Source: Bryobacteraceae bacterium
Lineage (GTDB): Bacteria; Acidobacteriota; Terriglobia; Bryobacterales; Bryobacteraceae
DNA length: 64,000 bases
Reading direction: 5' to 3'
NCBI GenBank assembly: GCA_035508655.1
Contig: DATJMP010000123.1
Location: 6,386 to 70,385 of the forward strand
The notes below the pieces were generated by a model. That model ran no database searches and was not told where the DNA came from. It saw only the letters and a program-made list of their open reading frames with translations. The position numbers and the translations under genes were made by a program. This document shows positions 53,525-61,083 of the stretch, one piece after another; within the stretch, counting starts at the first letter, position 1, and every line of letters starts with the position of its first letter.

Positions 53525-54057
53525 CAGGCGCGCCCCCTCCCGGTCTGGATCGCGTGCTCTTCACGGAAGAGCAGATCGCGGCGCGCGTGGCCGAAGTGGC
53601 GGCGGCCATCTCGCGAGATTATCAAGGCCGGACGGTGAAACTGATCGGAGTGCTGAAGGGATCGGTCTTCTTTCTCACCGCGTTGGCACGCCACCTCCGC
53701 GTGCCCGTGAAAATCGACTTCCTCGGCATTTCCAGCTTCTCCAACCGCAGCGGCGCGCCCGGCGTGGTGCGCATCGCCAAGGACCTCGATGACAGCATCG
53801 AAGGCGAAGACGTGCTGCTTGTGGAGGACATTGTCGATACCGGCTTCACCCTGCGCTACCTTCTGCAGACGCTGGCCGGCCGCGCCCCCAATTCGCTGGC
53901 CGTCTGCACCTTCCTCGACCGCAACTCCCGCCGCATCGTTCAGGTTCCCGTGGACTACCGCTGCTTCGAGATTCCCGACCGCTTCGTGGTCGGCTACGGC
54001 CTCGACTACAATCAGCTCTACCGGAATCTGGGGTATGTGGCCGTGATGAAGCCCTAG
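53521..54057 (+). CDS. hpt: Hypoxanthine phosphoribosyltransferase (paralogue 2)
   Basis: 178 aa; ...LIGVLKGSVFFLTALARH...VLLVEDIVDTGFTLRYL...FVVGYGLDYNQLYRNL. Its ATG overlaps the upstream stop as ATGA. Confidence 0.9.
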   Translation: MTGAPPPGLDRVLFTEEQIAARVAEVAAAISRDYQGRTVKLIGVLKGSVFFLTALARHLRVPVKIDFLGISSFSNRSGAPGVVRIAKDLDDSIEGEDVLLVEDIVDTGFTLRYLLQTLAGRAPNSLAVCTFLDRNSRRIVQVPVDYRCFEIPDRFVVGYGLDYNQLYRNLGYVAVMKP

Positions 54058-54062
54058 AACCA

Positions 54063-54233
54063 GGGATTGGGGATTCGGGATTAGGGATTGGGCCGTTGAG
54101 GACCGCGGCGGGGCGCCGCGATGAACGTGCACGTGCGGTCCTCAGGCAGGTGGTTCTCGACCGGGCCGCGCGCACAGGTTCGGAGTGCCTTACACTCCAT
54201 CGCCCTAATCCCCAATCCCTAGTCCCCAACCCC
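54063..54233. repeat. Large nested palindromic element with G-rich heptad arms between convergent genes
   Basis: Arms gggattggggattcgggattagggattgggc (54063-54093) and gccctaatccccaatccctagtccccaaccc (54202-54233), about 26/31 complementary. Inner 10-bp stem 54097-54106/54135-54144; a 7-bp stem cgcggcg/cgccgcg; a ggagtg/cactcc hairpin at 54182-54198. Confidence 0.75.
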
Positions 54234-54239
54234 TTCCGT

Positions 54240-55802
54240 TTAGGCCCCTGCCCGCAGGCCCGCCACCTGTACTACGCTTTCCATCGTGTCGGCACCCACA
54301 CCGCTGGCGGGGAGCTTTACCGTGAACTGCGTACCCTCTCCCGGCGTGCTGGAAACGTCGATGGTGCCTTTGTGTGCCTTCACGATCCAGGCCACAAAAC
54401 TAAGGCCCAATCCCAAGCCCTGCTCCGGGGCCGTCGCCGCGCCTGATCCGGGCACGCGATAGAACCGGTCGAAGATATGTGGCAGCGATTCGGTGGGAAT
54501 GCCTTGGCCGGTGTCGGCCACTATGATCTTCACTTCTCCATCTCCCTCCTGCACGGATAGCCGGACCTGGCCGCCGGTGGGCGTGAATTTGATGGCATTG
54601 GAGAGCAGGTTGGTGATCAGACGATCGATCTGCACGCGGTCGGCCAGCGCGAAGCAGTGCTCCGGCAGGTCGGCCGTTAGCCGGACCCCGGCCTCCTCGG
54701 CCGGAATCTGGAACTGGTCCACCAGGTCGCGCGCCGCCGCGCAGAGGTCCAGCCGCGATTTTTGCAGCGCCAGCTGTCCCGATTCCGCCTGCGAAAGCAG
54801 CAGCAGCGCGCGCACGATCTGCGAAAGCCGGTCGATATCCTGAAGCGCGTTGAACATCGCTTCCCGATACTGTTCCGTGGTCTGGGCCGTGAACAGCGCC
54901 ACCTCGAGCTGGCCGCGGATGGCGGTGATGGGCGTCCGCAGTTCGTGCGAAACGTCGGTAGAGAACTGTTTCATCTGCTGGAAGGAGGCTTCCAGCCGTT
55001 CGATCATACGGTTGAAGGTGAGGATCAGATAATCCAGTTCGTCGCCCGCGCGCCGCGTCGGAATACGCAGGCTAAGGTTGGAGCCGGAGATGCGCTGCGC
55101 TGCCTGTGCCACTTCCAGCACCGGCGTGAGCGCGCGTCCGGCCATCACCCACCCCACCACAGAACCCAGAATCAGCGCGACGGGAATGATGCCGAGGTAG
55201 ACCAGCGTGAATTCGCGAAGCACGCGCTGGTTCGGGCCGAGCGGCGCGCCCAGTGAAACGTAAAACGGCGGCCCGTGCCCCTTGTCGTATTTACCGACGG
55301 CATACACGATGCCCGAGCGCATCAGGTAGCGCTCCCCGCTCGAATCGCGCCGCTCGCGGAAACGAGGCTTGTTGTCGGCCAGCGCCGCCCGGACCGTGGC
55401 GCGAATATAAGCGGGGTCGATGCCGATGTCCTCGTATTCCGTGGAGAGTTCCTGCTCTTTGGTGGTTGCGTTCAGGACGATATTGCCATCGGCATCGGTG
55501 ATGACGTATGTCTTCTTGATATCCAGTACGATCGTCGTTTCGTCGGGGTCCTCTTTGTCGTAATACCAGGAAGCGGCGTATTTACCGGTGTCGGGAATCC
55601 GCTCAATTTGCAGGTAGCCCTTCATGGCGGCCCATTCCTGCCCGAGAGTGTCCCGCACCTCGTTCGTCTGCACCGAATCCAGCCGCTGCCGGAACAGCGC
55701 CGCGACGCCGATCAGCACCACCGCAAAGACCAGCGCATAACTGGCCATCAGGCGGAAACGCAGGCCGCGCGTAAATCGGCGAAGATCGCGCTTGCGGATC
55801 AC
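54240..55802 (-). CDS. Sensor histidine kinase (HAMP-HisKA-HATPase, CusS/heavy-metal-sensor-like)
   Basis: 520 aa; two TM segments flanking a periplasmic domain; H-box FSTDVSHELRTPIT; N, G1 and G2 boxes. Confidence 0.9.
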   Translation of the reverse strand: MIRKRDLRRFTRGLRFRLMASYALVFAVVLIGVAALFRQRLDSVQTNEVRDTLGQEWAAMKGYLQIERIPDTGKYAASWYYDKEDPDETTIVLDIKKTYVITDADGNIVLNATTKEQELSTEYEDIGIDPAYIRATVRAALADNKPRFRERRDSSGERYLMRSGIVYAVGKYDKGHGPPFYVSLGAPLGPNQRVLREFTLVYLGIIPVALILGSVVGWVMAGRALTPVLEVAQAAQRISGSNLSLRIPTRRAGDELDYLILTFNRMIERLEASFQQMKQFSTDVSHELRTPITAIRGQLEVALFTAQTTEQYREAMFNALQDIDRLSQIVRALLLLSQAESGQLALQKSRLDLCAAARDLVDQFQIPAEEAGVRLTADLPEHCFALADRVQIDRLITNLLSNAIKFTPTGGQVRLSVQEGDGEVKIIVADTGQGIPTESLPHIFDRFYRVPGSGAATAPEQGLGLGLSFVAWIVKAHKGTIDVSSTPGEGTQFTVKLPASGVGADTMESVVQVAGLRAGA

Positions 55803-55852
55803 GTTCGTACTCTTGTGAGGCAGGCCCTGAATCTTTCCGCTCCGCGCATAAT

Positions 55853-56572
55853 TTATACTTGCCGTTCCAGCGGCTGTTCGGCCGCAGACCGGTCCGCCGG
55901 TTTATCGGGCGCGTCGATCATATAGCCGATGCCCCGCACGGTCTGGATCAGCTTCTGCTGGTAGCGGTCGTCGATCTTGCTGCGCAGGTGGCGGATATAG
56001 ACGTCCACAATGTTGGTCAGGCCGTCGTAATCCATGTCCCAGACGTGCTCCACGATCATGGTGCGGCTCAGGGGCCGGCCGCGATTGCGCATCATGTACT
56101 CGAGGATGCCGAATTCCTTGGGCGCCAGGTCGATGGTCTCGGCGCCGCGCGTCACCTTGCGGCGGATGCAATCCAGGCTCAGATCCGAAACCTGCAGCCG
56201 CTCCGGCGCCGGCTGGCCGCGCCGCAGCAGTGCGCGCACCCGGGCCAGAAGCTCCACAAAGGCGAACGGCTTGACCAGGTAATCGTCCGCGCCCTGTTCC
56301 AGTCCTTTGACGCGGTCGTCGAGCGCGCCCCGCGCGCTCAGAATCAGGACCGGCGGACCAGTCACGCGGTTCCGGATCTTCTCCAGAACTTTGAGACCGT
56401 CCATATCGGGCAGCATGCGGTCGAGAATTACCAGGTCGTAATCCGTGGCGTGAATGTTTTCAATGGCCGCACCGCCTGTGGGAGCGGCGTCTACTGCGTA
56501 GCCGGCGCCCTCCAGGCCCCGGCACAAAAAATCGGCAATCCGCTTCTCGTCCTCGACCACCAGAATGCGCAT
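55853..56572 (-). CDS. OmpR-family response regulator (CusR/CopR-like)
   Basis: MRILVVEDEKRIADFL...LVILDRMLPDMDG...DYLVKPF plus a winged-helix domain (...TVRGIGYMI). Confidence 0.9.
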   Translation of the reverse strand: MRILVVEDEKRIADFLCRGLEGAGYAVDAAPTGGAAIENIHATDYDLVILDRMLPDMDGLKVLEKIRNRVTGPPVLILSARGALDDRVKGLEQGADDYLVKPFAFVELLARVRALLRRGQPAPERLQVSDLSLDCIRRKVTRGAETIDLAPKEFGILEYMMRNRGRPLSRTMIVEHVWDMDYDGLTNIVDVYIRHLRSKIDDRYQQKLIQTVRGIGYMIDAPDKPADRSAAEQPLERQV

Positions 56573-56623
56573 AGATTCCGTATACAGCTTAGCGCACGGC
56601 GGCAGCTCACGCGCCCTTGCCCG

Positions 56624-57202
56624 CTATGGTTTGAAGCGCAGGCTGATGCGGTTCTCCCGGCCGCCATACTGGAGTTCCAGGTCCTTCATCTTCTGCTTTT
56701 CCATGGGGAAATAGAGCATGCCGCTCACCGGTTTGCTGGTTTTACCTTCCGGAAGAATCTTGCCGTCCAGCAGCTTCTTCAGGGCGCTATCGCCGCCCGC
56801 ATTCGCCTTCTGCACTACGGGTACGGTCGTGTCCGTCCACCCAGGTGAGGCGATGCCCTGCGTGCGTGCCGTCTCCTGAATGACGAGACCGCCGCTGCCG
56901 GCAATCTGGCTGGCCGAATACGGTGTGGCCTTTTCGCCATCCTTATCCGTGCGGAGGACGAAATCGTCACGATCGATCAGGATGTCCTTGCCGTACTTCG
57001 GCTCCACCTTGACCTCGGCCACAAAATAATGGCCGCCCAGGTCGTTGCCGACCACCTGTTGGATATCCTCAGGGTCGATATGAAGCGTGACCGTGATGGC
57101 GAGGTCTTCATTTTCGCCGTGGGCTGTGGCGAAGACCGGTTTTTTGGCGGCCGGCAGCAGGAGCGCCGGCAAAAGGAGAAGCGCAAACAAACGGACTGGC
57201 AT
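56624..57202 (-). CDS. Exported hypothetical protein (192 aa)
   Basis: Signal peptide MPVRLFALLLLPALLLPAA. Sits upstream of, and probably in an operon with, the two-component genes. No family recognised. Confidence 0.7.
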   Translation of the reverse strand: MPVRLFALLLLPALLLPAAKKPVFATAHGENEDLAITVTLHIDPEDIQQVVGNDLGGHYFVAEVKVEPKYGKDILIDRDDFVLRTDKDGEKATPYSASQIAGSGGLVIQETARTQGIASPGWTDTTVPVVQKANAGGDSALKKLLDGKILPEGKTSKPVSGMLYFPMEKQKMKDLELQYGGRENRISLRFKP

Positions 57203-57253
57203 AGAAACGCGCCTTCTCTGATTATATAGGTCCAGGACGATGAGCCCTGCGTT

Positions 57254-57341
57254 TCAGACAGCGCTGTCTGAGCACACTCGCGAAAGTGATTCATTCTAAA
57301 AGGGGAGGCTGTCGCAGGTTCAGACATCCTGTCTGAACCTG
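57254..57341. repeat. Two hairpins sharing TCAGACA/TGTCTGA arms downstream of the CMD-family gene
   Basis: tcagacagcgctgtctga (57254-57271, perfect palindrome) and caggttcagaca-tcc-tgtctgaacctg (57315-57341, 12-bp stem). The second may terminate the MBL-CMD operon; there is no clear U-tract. Confidence 0.5.
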
Positions 57342-57387
57342 GGAAGCGAAGGGCGTGGTCCGATTTCCTTTCTGAGGCTTTCTCCCT

Positions 57388-57981
57388 CTAGCGCACATAC
57401 CCGCTTTGAGCCATCCGTTTGCCGCCGGCGCGATGGGCCTCCTCCGACATCGGATGGACGCCGGTGGCGTCAATCCAGCGATTATAGAAATTGAACAGCG
57501 AGCAGACGGTGATGGCGTAGAAAATCGCATCATCCTCCCAGCCGGCCGCATGCAGCGCCTCGATATCCGCCGGGGTAATGTGGCGGGAATCCGCATTGAC
57601 CTTGGTGACGAATCGGAACAACGCCTTGTGGCGATCGTCCAACGGCGAGTTTTCGAAATCGCGCAGGACCGCCTCCACTAGCGTCTCGCTACCCAACAAT
57701 TCCGCCGCGACCGCGGCGTGGGCCTTAATTCAAAATGGACAGTCGTTGCGGTAGGAGGTAAACGCCGCGATCAGTTCCCGGATGCCCGGGCTGAGTGGCG
57801 CATCGCCCCGCATGATCTCCTGAGTGAAACGGGAGAGGTGGTCGCCGGCTGCCTGGCGGAAGGCGAACAGGCGCCAGATCTGGGGGTACTCTACGCCGGC
57901 CTTTTGCAGCATCTCGATGGTGTCGCGGTAGGGGCCCGGCTGCGAACCGTTTTCGACTCCGGGAAGGAACAGCGGATCCAT
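57388..57981 (-). CDS. Carboxymuconolactone-decarboxylase/AhpD-family peroxidase-related protein, probable selenoprotein (UGA 57730-57732 read as Sec)
   Basis: Track ORFs 57730..57981 and 57388..57699 are in the same frame. Read-through gives ...SYRNDCPF-U-IKAHAAVAAELLGSETL..., matching the N-x-C-x-[YF]-C-x-x-x-H AhpD core motif. The joined length of 197 codons fits the family. Confidence 0.65.
57703..57718 (-). promoter_or_regulatory. Candidate bacterial SECIS hairpin
   Basis: mRNA CGCCGC-GGUC-GCGGCG has a 6-bp GC stem and a GGUC tetraloop. The loop begins 17 nt after the UGA. Confidence 0.55.
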
Positions 57982-57983
57982 GA

Positions 57984-58691
57984 CTATTTCCCATACCAGT
58001 CGCGCAGGCGAACGTCGATGCCGGTGCCGTTGAGCGCCTGCGCGAAGATCTTGGTGTCCTGCCCACGGTAGTGATAGGGATAGACCACAGCCGGATGGAA
58101 AGCGCGGACGGCTTCGGCTGCCGCCTGAGGCGTCATGGTGAAGGGCAGGTTCATGCAGACAAACGCAACATCGATGTTCCGGAGGGCCTTCATTTCCGGA
58201 ATGCCCTCGGTGTCGCCCGAAAAGTAGAAGCGCTTGCCGCCATACGTCAGGATGTAGCCGTTGCCGCGTCCTTTGGGGTGGTAGAGAGTGCCGTCGGCGG
58301 CCGGCTTCATGTTGTACATGGGGATGGCTTCCACCTGGAAGGGGCCGATTGGCTTCGTTTCGCCATTTGTAATGACGGTTGCTCCCTTCACGCTGGCGGC
58401 CACGGCCTGCGGCGCGAGGATGACCGTGTCGGGTTTGCGGAGTTTCTCAACCAGCGGCGGCGCCATGTGGTCGCCGTGGATATCGGTGATGAGGATGAAG
58501 TCGGCCTTGGGAAGACCGTCGTAGGAACCTTGGGCGGGGTCCACGTAGAGCACCTTCCCGCCGGCCTGGATCATGAGGCTGGCATGCTGGATGGGGGTGA
58601 GACGGAGTTGGCCGGCAGAGGTCGGGAAGTCTTCCGTGGCGGCCGCTATAAGCGGAACGGCGCAGCAGAGGGCAAGGGCGAATCGGTACAT
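57984..58691 (-). CDS. Exported MBL-fold metallo-hydrolase
   Basis: Signal peptide MYRFALALCCAVPLIAAA; ...ILITDIHGDHM... metal motif; 235 aa. Its stop lies 2 nt before the CMD-family start. Confidence 0.85.
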   Translation of the reverse strand: MYRFALALCCAVPLIAAATEDFPTSAGQLRLTPIQHASLMIQAGGKVLYVDPAQGSYDGLPKADFILITDIHGDHMAPPLVEKLRKPDTVILAPQAVAASVKGATVITNGETKPIGPFQVEAIPMYNMKPAADGTLYHPKGRGNGYILTYGGKRFYFSGDTEGIPEMKALRNIDVAFVCMNLPFTMTPQAAAEAVRAFHPAVVYPYHYRGQDTKIFAQALNGTGIDVRLRDWYGK

Positions 58692-58807
58692 AGCGGAGAC
58701 ATGCTAACACAGGGGCTGGGGGGCTTGGGGCCAGGGGCCGGAGAAAAGCGCCTCTCCTCGGGCGCCCATCGGGTGGATAGGAGTGGGCCTGCGATGACGC
58801 CTTTCCA

Positions 58808-58847
58808 CTCCCTGGCCCTGATCCTGATCCCAGACCCCTATTCCCTG
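58808..58847. repeat. C-rich/G-rich heptad-like tract in a divergent promoter gap
   Basis: ccctggccctgatcctgatcccagacccctattccctg. Its complement is G-tract rich, like the elements at 613-644 and 54202-54233. Confidence 0.5.
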
Positions 58848-58852
58848 TTACG

Positions 58853-59698
58853 ATGCAAAGCATGACAAGACGTACGGCTTTGCACGTGGGCGCGGGAATC
58901 GCAATGGCGGCGTCCCAGGCGGGCGCGGCCGAGCCAGGGCCGGCGGGACGGCTGCATCAGTCGGTCGCACGATGGTGCTTCAACAAAATGTCGCTGGACG
59001 ATCTTTGCCGGCAGGCGGCCGAGATGGGAATCACCGGTATCGATCTGGTGGACGCGCCGGATTGGCCAACGGTGAGGAGGTACGGCCTGACGCCGACGGT
59101 GACGCAGGGCAAAGGGCGCATTCCGGACGGATGGAACCGGACCGAAAGCCACGAGCGGCTGGAGGCCGATCTGAAAGAGCTGATCGTGGGCGCGGCCGAA
59201 GGCAAGGTGCCGAACGTGATCACGTTTTCAGGCAACCGGGCCGGTATGGCAGACGATGTGGGCAAGGAGAATTGCATCATCGGCCTGCGGCGGGTGGCGA
59301 AGTTTGCCGAAGATCACGGTGTCACGGTGCTGCTGGAACTGCTGAACAGCAAGATCGACCACCACGATTACATGGCTGACCACACGGCGTGGGGCGTGGA
59401 CGTGATCAAAGCGGTGGATTCTCCGCGGGTGAAGCTGCTTTACGACATCTATCATATGCAGATCATGGAGGGCGACATCATCCGCACGGTGCGACAGAAT
59501 ATCCAGTTCATCGGCCACTTCCATACCGGCGGCGTGCCCGACCGGCACGAACTGGACGATACCCAGGAATTGCAGTGGAGGACCGTCTCAAAGGCGATCG
59601 CGGACCTGAATTTCCAGGGATTTTACGCGCACGAGTTCGTGCCGGTACACGATCCGATGGCGTCGCTGCGGCAGGCGGTAGAACTGTGCACGGTCTGA
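58853..59698 (+). CDS. Hydroxypyruvate-isomerase-family TIM-barrel protein with Tat signal
   Basis: MTRRTALHVGAGIAMAAS...; ...LLELLNSK...HFHTGGVPDRHE...YAHEF are xylose-isomerase-like TIM barrel motifs. Confidence 0.85.
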   Translation: MQSMTRRTALHVGAGIAMAASQAGAAEPGPAGRLHQSVARWCFNKMSLDDLCRQAAEMGITGIDLVDAPDWPTVRRYGLTPTVTQGKGRIPDGWNRTESHERLEADLKELIVGAAEGKVPNVITFSGNRAGMADDVGKENCIIGLRRVAKFAEDHGVTVLLELLNSKIDHHDYMADHTAWGVDVIKAVDSPRVKLLYDIYHMQIMEGDIIRTVRQNIQFIGHFHTGGVPDRHELDDTQELQWRTVSKAIADLNFQGFYAHEFVPVHDPMASLRQAVELCTV

Positions 59699-59756
59699 AG
59701 GGCGGATTACCAATCCGCCGCAGGGGTACAACCTGCCCCACGGAGAACAACCAGTG

Positions 59757-60641
59757 ATGCTGGCGGGAATCGAAGCCGGAGGCACGAAATTCATCTGCGC
59801 GGTAGGAGCCGGGCCTGGCGATCTGGAGACGGTTCAGATTCCCACCACCACTCCGGTGGAGACGGTAGCGAAGGCGGTCAATTTTCTACGTAGTTTTCGC
59901 GCGGAAATGCGTGCGGTGGGGATTGCGGCGTTCGGACCGGTGGACCTGCATCCGGCCTCCCGGACTTACGGCTACATCACCACCACGCCCAAGGCGGGCT
60001 GGCACAATTTCGACCTTGCGGGCACGGTGCGCGAGGCGCTCGATCTGCCGGTGGGATTTGATACGGACGTGAATGCGGCCGCCCTGGGGGAAGCGCGATG
60101 GGGCGCGGCTCAGGGGCTGACGGATTTCCTCTACCTCACCGTGGGAACCGGGATTGGCGGCGGAGCGCTGGTCAACGGGCGGCTGGTGCACGGGTTGGTG
60201 CATCCGGAAATGGGACATATCCGGGTGCCGCGGGACAAGGCGGAAGACCCGTTTTCCGGCTGCTGTCCGTTTCACGGCGACTGTCTGGAAGGCATTGCCG
60301 CCGGACCGGCCATTCGGGCGCGATGGGGCATGGACGCGCGCGAGTTTCCGGTGGATCATCCGGGCCTGCTGCTCGAGGCGCGGTATCTGGCCCTGGGGCT
60401 GGCGAATTGGGTATGCACGCTTTCGCCGCAGCGGATCGTAATGGGAGGCGGGGTGATTGAACAGCCGCTCCTGCTACCGCTGATGCGAAAGGAACTGCTC
60501 CGAATCCTGAACGGATATGTGCAGGCGCGCGAACTGACGGAGCGTCCGGAGCAGTATGTGGTGCCCGCGATGTTGGGTTCCCGGGCGGGCGTACTGGGAG
60601 CGTTGGTGCTGGCGGAAGAGGCGAGCGAACGTTCTTCGTAA
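59757..60641 (+). CDS. ROK-family fructokinase/sugar kinase
   Basis: Track start is GTG 59754; ATG 59757 gives MLAGIEAGGTKFICAV. ROK zinc motif HPEMGHIRVP...CCPFHGDCLEG. Confidence 0.85.
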   Translation: MLAGIEAGGTKFICAVGAGPGDLETVQIPTTTPVETVAKAVNFLRSFRAEMRAVGIAAFGPVDLHPASRTYGYITTTPKAGWHNFDLAGTVREALDLPVGFDTDVNAAALGEARWGAAQGLTDFLYLTVGTGIGGGALVNGRLVHGLVHPEMGHIRVPRDKAEDPFSGCCPFHGDCLEGIAAGPAIRARWGMDAREFPVDHPGLLLEARYLALGLANWVCTLSPQRIVMGGGVIEQPLLLPLMRKELLRILNGYVQARELTERPEQYVVPAMLGSRAGVLGALVLAEEASERSS

Positions 60642-60662
60642 ATCGGGCGCCCGGTACGGCGC

Positions 60663-61043
60663 TTACATCACGCCCGCGTGCCGTTTGAATAACTGGAGCA
60701 GATTTTGCGAGAAAGCGGAGCGAGCCAGCACCATGTCGCAGCCGGCCTCTTGCGCCTGCTGCTTCAATTCGGCCTGCACGTGGGAGAGATAGCCGATCAG
60801 GCGCACGCCTTTGGTGGCGGCCGAACCTTTAATCTCCCGGATCACTTCGAGGGGCTGCACGGCATCGAAATTCAGATCCATGACAATGAGGGAAGGGGCA
60901 GTCTTGGCCTTCTCAATGACCTGGTCGTGGTCCTTGACGAATTCGAGCGCCAGGCCTGAGCGTTTGGCAGCTTCGGATAGCTTGACCGAGAAAAACAGAT
61001 CGCTCACAACAGCGAGCACCCGCTTCGATTCCTGATTTGGCAT
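60663..61043 (-). CDS. Stand-alone receiver-like protein with a degenerate phospho-acceptor pocket
   Basis: CheY-like beta-alpha pattern. VLAVVSDLFF replaces the usual acidic DD/DE pair. LIVMDLNF is retained. The conserved Lys-Pro is replaced by LARSAF. Confidence 0.65.
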   Translation of the reverse strand: MPNQESKRVLAVVSDLFFSVKLSEAAKRSGLALEFVKDHDQVIEKAKTAPSLIVMDLNFDAVQPLEVIREIKGSAATKGVRLIGYLSHVQAELKQQAQEAGCDMVLARSAFSQNLLQLFKRHAGVM

Positions 61044-61083
61044 GTAGGAGGCTGAGTAGGTTCGATTTTATCATGAAAGCGCG

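Noticed and set aside
57388-57981. Interpreting the CMD-family locus as two separate small genes or a nonsense-mutated pseudogene
   Set aside because: The second part lacks an ATG or credible RBS (TTG only). The stop is TGA exactly at the redox Cys column, and a GGUC-capped hairpin follows at SECIS spacing. A pseudogene cannot be fully excluded without the rest of the genome.
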